A stretch of DNA of 64,000 nt from Squalus acanthias. Its lineage: Eukaryota. Shown here piece after piece: positions 48,613 through 62,081 of this stretch. The translations under genes and the position numbers were made by a program. The notes below the pieces were generated by a model, which did no database searches, was not told where the DNA came from, and saw only the letters and a program-made list of their open reading frames with translations. The stretch spans positions 4,774,001 to 4,838,000 of the forward strand of contig CM059432.1 in NCBI GenBank assembly GCA_030390025.1, read 5' to 3'. The first letter of the stretch is position 1. Each line of letters opens with the position of its first letter.

Positions 48613-51332
48613 ATCATAGAATCATAGAATGGTTACAGCACAGAAGGAGGCCATTCGGCCCGTCGAGTCCATGCCGGCTCTCTGCAAGAGCACTTCAGCT
48701 AGTCCCACTCCCCCCGTCCTTTCCCCGTAGCCCTGCAATTTGTTTTCTTTCAGGTACTTATCCAATTCTCTTTTGAAAGCCACAATTGAGTCTGCCTCCA
48801 CCACCCTCTCAGGCAGCGCATTCCAGATCCTAACCACTCGCTGCGTAAAAAAGTTTTTCCTCATGTCGCCTTTGGTCCTTTTGCCAAGCACCTTAAATCT
48901 GTGTCCTCTGGTTCTCGACCCTTCTGCCAATGGGAACAGTTTCCCTCTATCTACTCTGCTAGACCCCTCATGATTTTGAACGCCTCCATCAAATCTCCTC
49001 TCAACCTTCTCTGCTCTAAGGAGAACAACCCCAGCCTCTCCAGCCTATCCACGTAACTGAAGTCCCTCATCCCTGGAATCATTCTCGTAAATCTTTTTTG
49101 CACCCTCTTTAAGGCCTTCACATCCTTCCTAAAGTGCAGTGTCCAGAATTGGGCACAATACTCCAACTGAGGCCGAACCAGTGTTTTATAAAGGTTCATC
49201 ATAACTTCCTTGCTTTTGTACTCTATGCCTCTATTCATGAAGCCCAGGATCCCGTTTGCTTTTTTAACCGATTCTCAACCTGCCCTGCCACCTTCAATGA
49301 TTTGTGCACACATACCCCCAGGTCTCACTGTTCATGCACCCCCTTTAGGATTGTACCCTTTAGTTTATATTGTCTCTCCTCGTTCTTTCTACCAAAATGT
49401 ATCACTTCGCACTTTTCTGCTTTAAATTTAATCTGCCACGTGTCCGCCCATTTCATCAGCCTGTCTATGTCCTCTTGAAGTCTATCACTATCCTCCTCAC
49501 TGTTCACTATACTTCCAATTTTTGTGTCATCTGCAAATTTTAAAATTGTTTCCTGTACACCCAAGTCTAAGTCATTAATATATATCAAGAAAAGCAGTGG
49601 GCCTAGTACCGACCCCTGGGGAACAGTCTGAAAAACAACCGTTCACCACTACTCTCTGTTTCCTGTCCCTTAGCCAATTTCGTATCCATGCTGCCACTGT
49701 CCCTTTTATTCCATGGGCTTCAACTTTGCTGGCAAGCCTATTATGTGGCACTTTATCAAACAGCTTTTGAAAGTCCATGTACACCACGTCAACCGCATTG
49801 CCTTCATCAACCCTCTCTGTTACCTCATCAAAAAACTCGATCAAGTTAGTTAAACACGTTTTCCCTTTAACAAATCTGTGCTGGCTTTCCTTAATTAATC
49901 CACACATGTCCAAGTGACTGTTAACTTTTTCTCAGATTATCATTTCTAAAAGCTTCCCCACTACCGAGGTAGTGTATATGGACTTTAGCAAGGCTTTTGA
50001 TAAGGTTCCACATGGCAGACTTGTCACGAAGTTAAAAGCCCATGGGATCCAGGGCAAAGTGTCAAGTTGGATTCAAAACTGGCTCGGAGACAGGAAGCAG
50101 GGGGTAATGCTTAATGGGTGTTTTTGTGACTGGAAGGCTGTTTCCAGTGGGGTTCCGCAGGGCTCAGTACTAGGTTCCTTGCTTTTTGTGGTACGTATCA
50201 ATGATCTAGACTTGAATATAGGGGGTATGATTAAGAAGTTTGCAGATGATACTAAAATCGGCTGTGTGGTTGATACTGAAGAAGGAAGCTGTAGACTGCA
50301 GGTAGATATCAATAAATTGGTCAGGTGGGCAGAACAGTGGCAAATGGAATTCAATCCGGAGAAGTGTGAGGCAATGCATTTGGGGAGGGCTAACAAGGCA
50401 AGGGAATACACATTAAATGGTAGGACACTGAGTAGTGTAGAGGAACAAAGGGACCTTGGAGTGCATGTCCACAGATCCCTGAAGGTAGCAGGCCAGGTAG
50501 ATAAGGTGGTTAAGAAGGCATATGGAATGCTTGCCTTTATTAGCTGTGGCATAGAATACAAGAGCAGGGGGGTTATGCTTCAACTGTATAAAACACTAGT
50601 TAGGCCTCAGCTAGAGTACTGCGTGCAGTTCTGGTCACCACATTACAGGAAAGATGCGATTGCACTAGAGAGGGTACAGAGGAGATTTACAAGGATGTTG
50701 CTGGGAGAAGAGAATCTTAGCTATGAGGAAAGACTGGATAGGCTGGGTTTGTTTTCCTTGGAACAGAGGAGGTTGAGGGGAGACCTTATTGAGGTGTATA
50801 ATATTATGAGGGGCACAGATAAAGCGGATAGAAAGGACCTATTTCCCTTAGCAGAGGGGTCAAAAACCAGGGGGCACAGATTTAAAGTAATTGGTGGAAG
50901 GTTTAGAGGGGATTTGAGGGGAAATTTCTTCACCCAGAGGGTTGTGGGGGTCTGGAACTGACTACCTGAAAGGGTGGTAGAGGCAGGAAACCCTAACCAC
51001 ATTTAAAAAGTACTTGGATGTGCACTTGGGATGCTGTAACCTGCAGGGCTACGGACCAAGAGCTGAGAAGTGGGATTAGGCTGGATAGCTCTTTGTTGGC
51101 CGGCGCGGACATGATGGGCCGAAATGGCCTCCTTCCGTGCTGTGACTTTCTATGATTCTATTCTATGAAACTGACTGGCCTGTAGTTGCTGGGTTTATCC
51201 TTACACCCTTTTTTGAACAATGGTGTAATATTTGCGGTTCTCCAGTCCTCTGGCACCACCGCCGTATCTAAGGAGGATTGCAAGATTTTCTCCTTAACTT
51301 CCCTCAGTGTCATAGGATGCATCCCATCCGGT
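48613..51332 (-). mobile_element. CR1 LINE interrupted by an opposite-strand CR1
   Basis: RT motifs at 48622-49970 continue at 51168-51332. Confidence 0.92.
49970..51167 (+). mobile_element. Younger CR1 insertion with a 329-aa open RT fragment
   Basis: YMDFSKAFDKVPH...KFADDTK...FFTQRVVGVWN; tail ttctatgattctattctatg. Confidence 0.95.
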
Positions 51333-52360
51333 CACATCACAACTGGTGTTGACCCATATACTGGCAGATAGTGGCGTAGAGTTTCTGTTCGTTTTTCAAG
51401 TGAAATCGACCAAACCAATGTGAAAGATCGGGGAACTTTAAGCGTAAGTTAGGTCGAGCTGGAAACCGGCCCCATCCAGAAAACTGGCCACGCCCCCAAA
51501 TAGTGAGCTTTTAAAAAATGCATTCAAGGGATGTGGGCGTCGCTGGCAAGGCCGGCATTTATTGCCCATCCCTAATTACCCTCGAGAAGATGATGGTGAG
51601 TCCGTGTGGTGAAGGTGCTCCCGCAGTGCGGTCAGGGAGGGAGTTCCAGGATTCTGACCCAGCGACGATGAAGGAACGGCCGATATATTTCCAAGTCAGG
51701 ATGGTGTGTGTGTGACTTGGAGGGGCTTTTGTCGTGTCCGGTGCCTAGGCTGATGTCGGGTGGTCCATCTGGTTTTATTCTTTGCAGCGGTCTGGTACAA
51801 CTGAGTGTCTCGCTCGGCCATTTCAGAGGGGCAGTTAAGAGTCAACCACATTGCTGGGGGTCTGGAGTCACATATCGGCCAGACTGGGCAAGGGCGGCAG
51901 ATTTCCTTCCCTAAAGGATGTTAGTGAACCAGATGGGTTTTTAGGATAAGGATGGCGAGTTCCCGCCGATTGTGCCCGCTTGCAAACCTTCGAGGAAACT
52001 CTTCAAATCAAGCTCGTGTTTTTAGGCTCACAGGCACGAGTCGGCACGTTTTAAAAGCTTTTAATTATTAAAAAATGTTTAATTTACTAAGAAACTGACT
52101 GGTGTATATCAATGAAACTAATAAATGGCTCAGTATAGGTTTTATTTTCAGTGATTTTAAAATCAGATACTCACAGGTGGAGGACTGAAGACTCGGATTA
52201 AAAATGCTTATTTTTGGCGATAAACCCATTTTCAGCTGCATTAATCAAACGGCACCAGGCTACCCCTCTTAAACACATCAAGGAATATTTTTTAATGTGA
52301 GGAAATATACAATCACGTTCTATTACGCTGCCCGATTGCGCTGGTTCGTGGAAGATTTTA

Positions 52361-54410
52361 CAACAACAGCAACAACAACAACTTGTATTTATATAGCGCC
52401 TTTAACGTAGTAAAACGTCCCAAGGCGCTTCACAGGAGTGATTATCAAACAAAATTTGATACCGAGCCACATAAGGAGATATTAGGACAGGTGACCAAAA
52501 GCTTGGTCAAAGAGGTAGGTTTTAAGGACAGTCTTAAAGGAGGAAAGAGAGGTAGCGAGGCGGAGAGGTTTAGGCAGGGAATTCCAGAGCTTAGGGCCCA
52601 GGCAGCTGAAGGCACGGCCGCCGATGGTGGAGCGATTAAAATCAGGGACGCTCAAGAGGCCAGAATTGGAGGAGCGCAGAGATCTCGGGGTTGGGGAGTG
52701 GTGGGGGGGGCGGGGGGGTGCAGTTGTGGGGCTGGAGGAGGTTACCGAGATATAGGGAGGGGCGAAGCCATGGAGGGATTTAGAAACAAGGATGAGAATT
52801 TTGAAATCGAGGCATTGCTTAACCAGGAGCCAATGTAGGTCAGCGAGCACAGGGGTGATGGGTGAACGGGACTTGGTGCGAGTTAGCAGAGTTTTGGATG
52901 ACCTCAAGTTTACGTAGGGTGGAAGATGGGAGACCGGCCAGGAGTGCATTGAAATAGTCAAGTCTAGAGGTAACAAAGGCACGGATGAGGGTTTCAGCAG
53001 CGGATGAGCTGAGGCAAGGGCGGAGACGAGCAATATTACAGAGGTGGAAATAGGCGGTCTTAGTTATGCCAAGGATATGTGGTCAGATGCTCATTTCAGT
53101 GTCAAATATGACACCAAGGTTGCAAACAGTCTGGTTCAGCCTCAGACAGATGTTAGGGAGAGGGATGGAGTCAGTGGCTAGGGAACAGAGTTTGTGGCGG
53201 GGACCGAAGACAATGGAGAAAATTTCTGCTCATCCAATACTGGATGTCGGACAAGCAGTGCGTCAATTTAGAGACCGTGGATGGGTCGAGAGAGGTGGTG
53301 GTGAGGTAGAGCTGGGTGTCGTCAGCGTACATTTGGAAACTGACGCTGTGTTTTCGGATGATGTTGCCAAGAGGCAACATGTAGATGAGAAATAGGAGGG
53401 GGCCAAGGATAGATCCTTGGGGGACATCAGAGGTAACAATGCGGGAGCGGGAAGAGAAACCATTGCAGGTGATTTTCTGACTATGATTAGATAGATAAGA
53501 ATGGAACCAGGCGAGGGCAGTCCCACCCAGCTGGACGACGGTGGAGAGGCGTTGGAGGAGGATGGAGTGGTCAACCATGTCGAGAAGAATGAGGAGGGAT
53601 AGTTTTCCTTTGTCACAGTCACAAAGGATGTCATTTGTGACTTTGATGAGAGCTGTTTCGGTACTGTGGCAAGGGCGGAAACCTGATTGGAGGGATTCAA
53701 ACATGGAATTGCGGGAAAGATGGGCACGGATTTGGGAGGCGACAACATGTTCAAGGACTTTGGAGAGGAAAGGGAGGTTGGAGATGGGGCGGTAGTTTGC
53801 AAGGACGGAGGGGTTAAGGGTTGTTTTTTTGAGAGGGTGCAGATTTGAATCAGAGGGAGACAGTACCTGAGGAAAGAGAAACGTTAACAATGTCAGCCAA
53901 CATGGGAGCCAGAAAAGGAAGTTGGGTGGTCAGCAGTTTGGTGGGAATAGGGTCGAGGGAGCAGGAAGTGGGTCTCATGGACAAGATGAGCGTGGAAAGG
54001 TCAAGAGGGGAGATCGGAGAGAAACTGGTGAAAGATGTGAGTTCAGGGCTAGGGCAGGGGTAAACCTTAGTTTGGCCCGGTGGGCAGGGGAAGGAAGGGA
54101 AGTGGCAGAGGCAGCTGAATGGATGGTCTCAATCTTAGAGACAATGAAGTCCATGAGCTCCTCACACTTGTTGTCGGAGGTGAGGGTGGAGGAGACAGGG
54201 GAGAGGCGTTTAAGAAGACGGTCAGCATTAGAGAATAGTAGCCGGGGGTTATCTTTGCATTCCAGATTGATCCTGGAATAGTGAGCAGTTTTGGCAGACG
54301 AGAGCAGGGCCCGATAGTGCTTTATGTGGTCCAGCCAGATCTGGCGGTGAATGGCTAAACCAGTTGTCCGCCTTATCCGTTCAGGTCTGCGTCCCTTGGA
54401 CTTGAGGGAG
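52361..54410 (-). mobile_element. L2 LINE, about 2 kb
   Basis: NYRPISNLPFLSKVLE, QSGFR, PQGSILGPLLF, YADDTQLY, (TTG)n tail. Confidence 0.95.
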
Positions 54411-55044
54411 CGCTTGTGATTATGCAAACGAGTTTGGGCGGAAACTTGAACCATGATTTCACTTTGGAAAACCAGCACAATTTCAAACTCAATTTGCGCC
54501 CAGATTGCTGATTGCGTCCAAAGCGGAAACTCCCCCCCCCCCCCCCACCCCTTATCTGCTGATCACACTGACACTCCAGGAGGAAAGCCATAGTTCGGGA
54601 ATAGCAAAGATAAAGAAATAACTTGCCTTTCTACAGCCCCTTTCACAACCTCAGGACGTCTCAAAGCGCTTTACGGCCAATGAAGTACTTTTTGAAGTGT
54701 AGTCACTGTTGCAATGTGGGAAACGCAGCAGCGCAGCGTTCCCTCAGAAACTGAAGTGTCGGCCTCAAATTTATGCTCACAACCTTCTGACTCAGAGGCA
54801 TGAGTGCTACCAACTGAGCCACGGCTGACACTTTTGGACAGAAGATCCTACGTCCTTTCTATACGTCCTTTCAAAGTCTTCAGTGGCAAATAGTCTTTGG
54901 AGAGACTGTCAGCCACTGTCAACCAGTCACCATTGAATATTCTCGGTGTTCAACCAAGTGTGGAGGAAGCCAAAAAAAAAACAACAACCGTCTGGTGACA
55001 TGGATGTGGAGCATCTTTCATTCTCTTTAACAGGTAGAAATAGA

Positions 55045-56280
55045 AAGACTTGCATTTCTACAGCACCTTTCACAACCTCAGGATGTCCAAAAGTGCTTTA
55101 CAGCCAGTGAAGTACTTTTGAAGTGTAGTCACTGTTGTAATGTGGGAACCATGGCAGCCAATTTGCACACAGCAAGCTCCCACACACAGCAATGTGATAA
55201 TGATCTGATAATACATACGAACATACGAATTAGGAGCAGGAGTCGGCCACTCGGCCCCTCGAGCCTGCTCCACCATTCAATAAGATCATGGCTGATCTGA
55301 TTACTCCACATTCCTGCCTTCCCCCGATAACCTTTCACCCCCCTTACTTATCAAGAATCTATCTACCTCTGCCTTAAAAATATTCAAAGACTCTGCTTCC
55401 ACCGCCCTCTGAGGAAGAGAGTTCCAAAGACTCACGACCCTCTGTGAGAAAAAATTTCTCCTCATCTCTGTCTTAAATGGGCGACCCCTTATTTTTAAAC
55501 AAAAATGAGAAGTCGCACAACACCAGGTTATAGTCCAACAGATTTATTTAATTTTAATTTATTTAATTTTAAATTAAATAAATCTGTTGGACTATAACCT
55601 GGTGTTGTGCGACTTCTCATTTTTGTCCACCCCAGTCCAACGCCGGCATCTCCACATCATGACCTCTATTTTTAAACAGTGAGCCCTAGTTCTAGATTCC
55701 CCCACAAGAGGAAACATCCTCTCCACATCCACCCTGTCAAGACCCCTCAGGATCTTATATATTTCAATCAAGTCACCTCTTACTCTTCTAAACTCCAGCG
55801 GATACAAGCCTAGCCTGTCCAACCTTTCCTCATAAGACAACCTGCCCATTCCAGGTATTAGTCTAGTAAACCTTCTCTGAACTGCTTCCAACGCATTTAC
55901 ATCCTTCCTTAAATAAGGAGACCAATACTGTACACAGTACTCCAGATGTGGTCTCACCAATGCCCTGTATAACTGAAGCATAAGTTCCCTACTTTTGTAT
56001 TCAATTCCCCTCGCAAATATTGGCCAGGACACCGGGAGAACTCCTCTGCTCTTCTTCAAAATAGTGGCCATGGGATCTTTTACGTCCACCTGAGAGAGCA
56101 GACAGGGCCTCGGTTTAACATCTCCTCTGAAAGACAGCACCTCAGACAGTGCAGCACTCCTTCAGTACTGCACTGGGAGTGTCAGCCTAGATCTTTGTGC
56201 TCAAGTCTCTGGAGTGGGACTTGAACCCACAACCTTCTGACGCAGTAGGCGAGAGCGACCCACTGAGCCACGGCTGACAC
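55045..56280 (-). mobile_element. SINE containing a CR1 (about 55213-56013), which contains a Penelope-like fold-back
   Basis: Three-level nesting; CR1 motif LVRPHLEYCVQYWSPY. Confidence 0.85.
55499..55660. mobile_element. Penelope-like fold-back fragment
   Basis: Inverted arms of about 55 bp around an AT spacer; TATTTTTAAACA duplicated on both sides; same family as 16447-17501. Confidence 0.8.
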
Positions 56281-56689
56281 ACAGAGAGAATCTTGCCTTC
56301 TGACTAGAGTCAGGAGTCAAAGAGCTGGATGTTATTTTTATTTCAAAGACGTGACACATAAAAGTCAAGGGGATTATAATGATGCAATGTGAACTAAATT
56401 CTTCACATTGAGTATTTAGCAAACAAAGTTTGTTTAAGATTTTATTTGAAGCAGTCCTGCCCTTTTAACAAAACAATAATGTTAGCAGCAAAGTCAATTT
56501 AACTGCATATGGCTGGGAACTATTTTCAGCAACAGGCAAGTAGCAACGAGTTACATATTTTTGCAATTAACAATATTACAAAAACAGACACTCTTTAGCA
56601 TAAGTTTGGTTATCTCCTAGCAGGAAGAATATATTTAAAAATGGAGGGGCATCTCCATTATCCTTACTTAATGAAGGTTGTGAGATCAA

Positions 56690-57315
56690 GTCATAACTAT
56701 AAGGTGCATGGGGGGAGATATAGAAGGGATGTCCGAGGTAGATTCTTTACTCAGAGAGTGGTTGGGGTGTGGAATGGACTGCCTGCTGTGATAGTGGAGT
56801 CGGACACTTTAGGAACTTTCAAGCGGTTATTGGATAAGCACATGGAGCACACCAGAGTGATAGGGAGTGTGATAGCTTGATCTTGGTCTCGGACAATGCT
56901 CGGCACAACATCGAGGGCCGAAGGGCCTGTACTGTGCTGTACTGTTCTATGTTCTATGTTCTATGTAAGTCCCACTCCAGAGACTTGAGCACAAAAGTTA
57001 AGCTGACGCTCCCAGTGCAGTACTGAGGGAGTGCTGCACTGTCGGAGGTGCCGTCTTTCGGATGAGACGTTAAACCGAGGCCCCGTCTGCTCTCTCGGGT
57101 GGACGTAAAAGATCCCGCGGCACATGGACCAATATTTATCTCTGAACCAACATCACTAAAAAAAAACAGATGATCTGGTCAGCGCTGTGTGTGGGAGCTT
57201 GCTGCGTGCAGATTGGCTGGCACGTTTCCCACATTACAACAGTGACTGCACTTCAGAAATGACTTCATTGGCTGTAAAGTGCTTTGGGACATCCCGAGTT
57301 CTTTCTTTCTTTCTT
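56690..57315 (+). mobile_element. CR1 3' tail followed by a SacSINE1-like fragment
   Basis: FFTQRVVGVWNGLP, (gttctat)n, SINE core. Confidence 0.8.
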
Positions 57316-57484
57316 TCTAAGCGAAAGGAATGGGCTTTGAGTCCAGGGGAATCACAAACAGAATCACAAGTCCCCTCCTCACCTAAGATGTGGTTACGAT
57401 AATAAAGAAGTAGATATGCTGGAAATACACCACAGCTCCTCCAGCAATTTTAAACCTTTCATTAACTTTTGGGTGTGTCGAACT

Positions 57485-57900
57485 TAGGTTGCCAATTCTG
57501 GGTGGACGAATGCCAGGAGGATTCATCACATGTCCTCCTGTTTTCCAAACGTCCCACTCAGTCAAATAGCCACGTACTGGCGGAGGTGCCATCTTTCGGA
57601 TGAGACGTTAAACTGAGACCCCGTCTGCACCTCTCAGGTAAACGTAAAAGATCCTGCGACCACTATTTCGAAGAAGAGAGGAGGGGAGGGGCTTTATCCC
57701 CGGTGTCCTGGGCCAATATTTATCTCTCAATCATCGCCCATATTTTTGTAACTAACAAATGTAAAGAAAATGGAAAAAAAAACACACACACACACACACA
57801 ATCTTTTTTTAATGCCCCGAAGAATTTTTTTCCACCTGGGTGTTGCCCGCAACCGATTCCTGTCGACTCTAGGACAATCCTGGACGGTTGGCAAACCCTC
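57485..57900. mobile_element. Old MITE with TAGG(G)TTGCCAA-type termini and an internal SINE piece
   Basis: taggttgccaa ... ggttggcaaaccct. Confidence 0.45.
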
Positions 57901-58029
57901 TATAGAAACTTGGAGGTTGTGCCTGTGTGTTCAATGCGACTATTCACACTATTCAGCTCCAAAAACAAAACCTGCTAGAATAATAGACATTTTTCACCAG
58001 AGTTTTTTTTTTCCTTTGATGTTGTGTAA

Positions 58030-58467
58030 GTTACTATTTGGTGGGGTGGCCTCAGGCTCTGGGTTACTATGATTTTTATTTAAGGTTGCCAAGGTGGGGC
58101 CAGATGTTAAGGCAACGCCCTGACTGGTGCAGCATGCACGAGCGGTTTCCACAGCAGCTACCTGAGATTCACCACATTACTCTCTCTCTCTCTTTCTGTG
58201 TGTGCAGAAACCAGCATCCCAAAGACCTCGCCCCCAGGGCAGGGCACGGTCCCTAAACATTTCTCAAAACCTCAGCCGATCTCGTTCCCCGGTCACTCCT
58301 GGGCTTGCTCTCAACAGGTGAAGGTTTTGAGAAGAAAGGACCGGACTTCGTCACCCCAAGGGAGAGGAGGAGGAGGAGAAGAAAACAACACAACCAGCTG
58401 CTCTTGTGTCCAAGTCCTCGGGAAGAAGATTGGGAGGGATAGAGAGAGAGAGAAGGAGACAACAGAC
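58030..58467 (+). promoter_or_regulatory. Probable promoter and 5' UTR of the gene starting at 58468
   Basis: No recognisable repeat, locally GC-richer; GGGGTGG box near 58043, E-box CAGGTG at 58315-58320, purine-rich leader with no ATG seen in the ~250 nt before the start. Confidence 0.5.
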
Positions 58468-58515
58468 ATGGCTTGGGTTACAAGGAGAATTATCCTCTGC
58501 AGCTTTCTCCTAATG
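58468..58515 (+). CDS. Probable first coding exon (signal peptide) of a desmoglein-like cadherin
   Basis: Kozak context GACATGG; MAWVTRRIILCSFLLM then phase-0 donor gtgagg; recalled desmoglein first exons are about 16 codons with a similar M-x-W...R...hydrophobic pattern. Confidence 0.62.
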
Positions 58516-59317
58516 GTGAGGACTTCAGCAACTGCGAGTTCTGGTGAAGTTTTTGGGGTCGTGGTTTCTGCTGTAAACTTGTTCTCTCGCTTCGCTTTGG
58601 TTTTTTTTAAATTTAATTGCATATATATATTTGTATTTCGTTGTACTTTTATTAATGCCACTTTCTCAGTCGAATTGATTTTTAAAAAAAACTGAAGTCA
58701 GGGTTATGTTTTGATTTGTAATCCATTCCTCTAATCCTTTAAACAAAAAAAAAACCCCAGTGCATTGAGCCAAAGGTTGTGATCGATCTCGCTAGCTTTT
58801 TCTGATCATCAGACCTCACATTCTCCAATGTAATATACACCACTCTTTTTTTGATGGTCTTATTGAAAAGGTGCCCCGCCTTGGGTTAAAGCAGAGGTGG
58901 GTTTTTGTCAATGTGTGTTTCCTGGGCGCTGTGTTCCATTAAAAATCCTAAAGGTATGACTGGCCGCTGGCACTGCCTCATTGTTTCATTGCCACGATGG
59001 CTAATTCTGGATTTAAGGAGGCATTCTGCAGAGAAATGGGTTCAGTTGAAAGTGCATGAATAATGACATTTTTTTCTGAGCAATATTAAAGGGAATAATT
59101 AAGAAGTAATATGAAGTTGGCATTATCTTCCCTCCACCATGTCAGCCACTTGTGATTCATGCATGCTATTTCTCCTTCTTTGATAATATTGAAGCTTAGC
59201 CTTATAGTATTTTGAGAGAGCTAAGATCGTATCCTCTGCTTGTCCTGTCCCCCCCCCGCCCCCGGGATCTGAGCAACAACTTGTCATTTTCTTTTTGGGG
59301 ATTTAAAAGTGCATTAG

Positions 59318-59565
59318 GTTTTAATCGCTCTGCCATTGGTGGCCGTGCCTTCAGCTGCCTGGGCCCTAAGCTCTGGAATTCCCTCCCTAAACCTCTCCGC
59401 TTCTCTCCCCTCCTTTAAGACGCTCCTTAAAACCTCCCTCTTTGACCAGGTATCGGCCCGAATATCTCCTTATGTGGATCGGTGTCTCATTTTGCCCTGT
59501 GAAGCACCCTGGGACAATTTTACTACGTTAAAGGCGCTATATAAATGCAAATTGCTGCTGTTGTT
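59318..59565 (+). mobile_element. L2 3' tail
   Basis: IGGRAFSCLGPKLWNSLP and tail. Confidence 0.85.
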
Positions 59566-60096
59566 AGGTTATTATCGGGCTGACCCAGGAAGTTTGCCTG
59601 GTTGACCGTGGTCCCAGGTTCAATTCCTAGTCTGTGCTGAGCTAGCCAATTTCAGCCAAAGCAGTGGTGGTAAGGATTGAAAAAATTGGCCAGGATTCCC
59701 ACTCCAGGACATTGTCTGGTGACCCATGCTGGAAGTTTAAGTGTGTGGATAGTGGGTGTGGGCTGAATTGGGCTGCACTGTAATGATCTTTCCCTGCCCA
59801 CCCGCCCCCCCCCCCCCCATTGTATCGCTTGTCGACTTTCACCCTTACGACCCACCCATTAAAACATGGCCACTTGGGTGTGGGATAGGAGGAAGAGAAG
59901 TTACTGTGCAACGATATTCCAGCAAGGAAGAATACTTCCTTCAGGGGAGGAGGGGAAAAAAACTGTCGGGGAAAAGCGTCAAGAAAAACGTCCTGTATTA
60001 TGAGGAAGAGCAGTACTTGTGTTGGAGGAGCTAAAGATAATTTTGTTGTTGTAGGACTTAAATGTCAAACTGTTACATAGGGTTGTAATAAAGCTA

Positions 60097-60566
60097 TGTC
60101 AGCCGTGGCTCAGTGGGAAGCACCCTCGCCTCTGAATCAGAAGGGTGTGGGATTCAGGTCCTGCTCCAGAGACTTGAGCACAAAAGTCTAGGCTGCCACT
60201 CCCTGTGCAGGGCTAAGGGAGTGCTGCACTGTCGGAGGTGCCGTCTTTCAGATGAGACGTTAGACCGAGGCCCCGTCTGCCCCCTCCGGTGGACGTAAAA
60301 GGTCCCATGGCCACTATTTCAAAGAAGAGCAGGGGAGTTCTCCCCGGTGTCTTGGCCAATATTTATCCCTCAATCGCCATCACTAAAAACAGATGATCTG
60401 GTCATTATCACACTGCTGTTTGTGGGAGCTTGCTGTGCGCAAATTGGCTGTCGTGTTTCCTACATTACAACAGTGACTCCACTTTAAAAAAAGTACTTCA
60501 TTGGCTGCAAAATGCTTTGGGACGTCCGGTGGTTGTGAAAGTCGCTATAGAAATGCAAATCTTTCT
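60097..60566 (+). mobile_element. SacSINE1-like SINE, near full length
   Basis: Head, core, tail. Confidence 0.88.
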
Positions 60567-61269
60567 TAAAAAAAAAATAATATTTTAATTTACTGTTTGA
60601 AAGAAATTGGTTTATTTTTAATTATCATTTTGTTCGGTTGTGTTCAGGTGTATATTTTTTTGGATGTTGGCACCAATCAAGGATCCATCATTTCCCCCCT
60701 GAGTCACGCACCAATTTGAGACCAAAATGGCAAATCAATAGCTCGCTCCAAGGCCTTTGCCGGCGTCGCCCTACGCCAGTTACAAGGAAGTGTGCAGAAG
60801 TGGGATGGACGCTATTCTATTGTCCCCCCCCCCCCCCCCTTCCCCGCCCCCTTCCCTCTAAAGAAGCCACATGGTGTTGCCTATTGGTGCCCCCAATGCT
60901 GCATATTATGTTGTTTTTTAAAAATTAAGCATGTAGGCACAGGAGCGAGATGTCTCTACCGCTGGCAAATGTGATTTTTGTTACACTATCGCAGGATTAC
61001 CAGGACAGTAACATTTGGGAATTGTGAAACATTTTGACTTTTCAGGTGTTGTGGGGAAAAATGTGAAATAGCGCACCTTTTTAAATTTGTCAATTTCACT
61101 AGTTTTAATATTAGCTAACACGTATAGGAATAAGTTATTTATTCCACCTGTGCTAGGTGACAAGAGTTTATTCAACAAATGTATTGGCAACCCCTGGTGT
61201 AAATACTATGATCCGTACTGAGTATTCAGTTTGGTTCCATTTGACCCGGAAGCTTGTAGGTTTTTAAAA

Positions 61270-61683
61270 ATTCATTCACGGGATGTGGGCGTCGCCAGCG
61301 CTTATTGCTCATCCCCAATTGCCCTCGAGAAGGTGGTGGTGACCCACCTTATACAACGGAGTGGCTCGCTTGGCCATTTCAGAGGGACAGTTAAGAATCA
61401 ACCACATTGCTGTGGGTCTGGAGTCACGTATAGGCCAGACCGGGTAAGGACGGCAGATTTCCTTCCCGAAAGGACATTAGTGAACCAGATGGGTCTTCAC
61501 AACAATCTGATAGTTTCATGGTCACCATTACAGATTCTAGCTCTTTATTCCAGATTTATTTAATTAACTGAATTTAAATTCCCCAGTTGCCGTGGTGGGA
61601 TTTGAACTCCTAGTCTTTCAACAGATCATTAGTCCAGGCCTCTGGATTACTGATCCAGTAACATAACCACTATGCTACCGTAC
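61270..61683 (-). mobile_element. tRNA-derived SINE (second family)
   Basis: Minus-strand head tacggtagcatagtggtt ... gagttcaaatccc. Confidence 0.8.
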
Positions 61684-62081
61684 ACACAATCCTTGGCCTT
61701 TGCTGAAGTATCTCCTCTCCTCCAGTGTCCCTGGGTGGATTGGGGCGGGGGGGGTTGGAGGGTGGGGGGCTGGGCGGAAGTCAGCCAGGATCCCCACTCC
61801 TGATCACTCTCGGTGACCTCCTTAACGGAAAGTGCATTTGTGTTGCTATGGAGTGAGGACAGGATCATGGAATAGGGAAATGGAAAAGGAAAGTGTTAAG
61901 AGTTCCGAGAATTAACTTGCGTTTCTGGGTAAAAATAACTTTTTACGTTAATGAACTGAGCATGAGCTGAGCTGTCCTGTGTTGCTCGGATAATTCTACT
62001 CCTGCAGCGACACGCTCCGTATACAATAAAAAGTTAATTGCAGATTCCTGAGCGTGCAGCGTTTTTGTGTCAAGTATCATA

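Noticed and set aside
49972..50961. Active or domesticated reverse transcriptase
   Set aside because: 5'-truncated CR1 lacking the endonuclease and RT N-terminus, with a premature stop
58198..58695. 165-aa ORF as a single-exon gene
   Set aside because: Non-ATG start, low-complexity leader and T-rich intron-like tail; only 58468-58515 is credible
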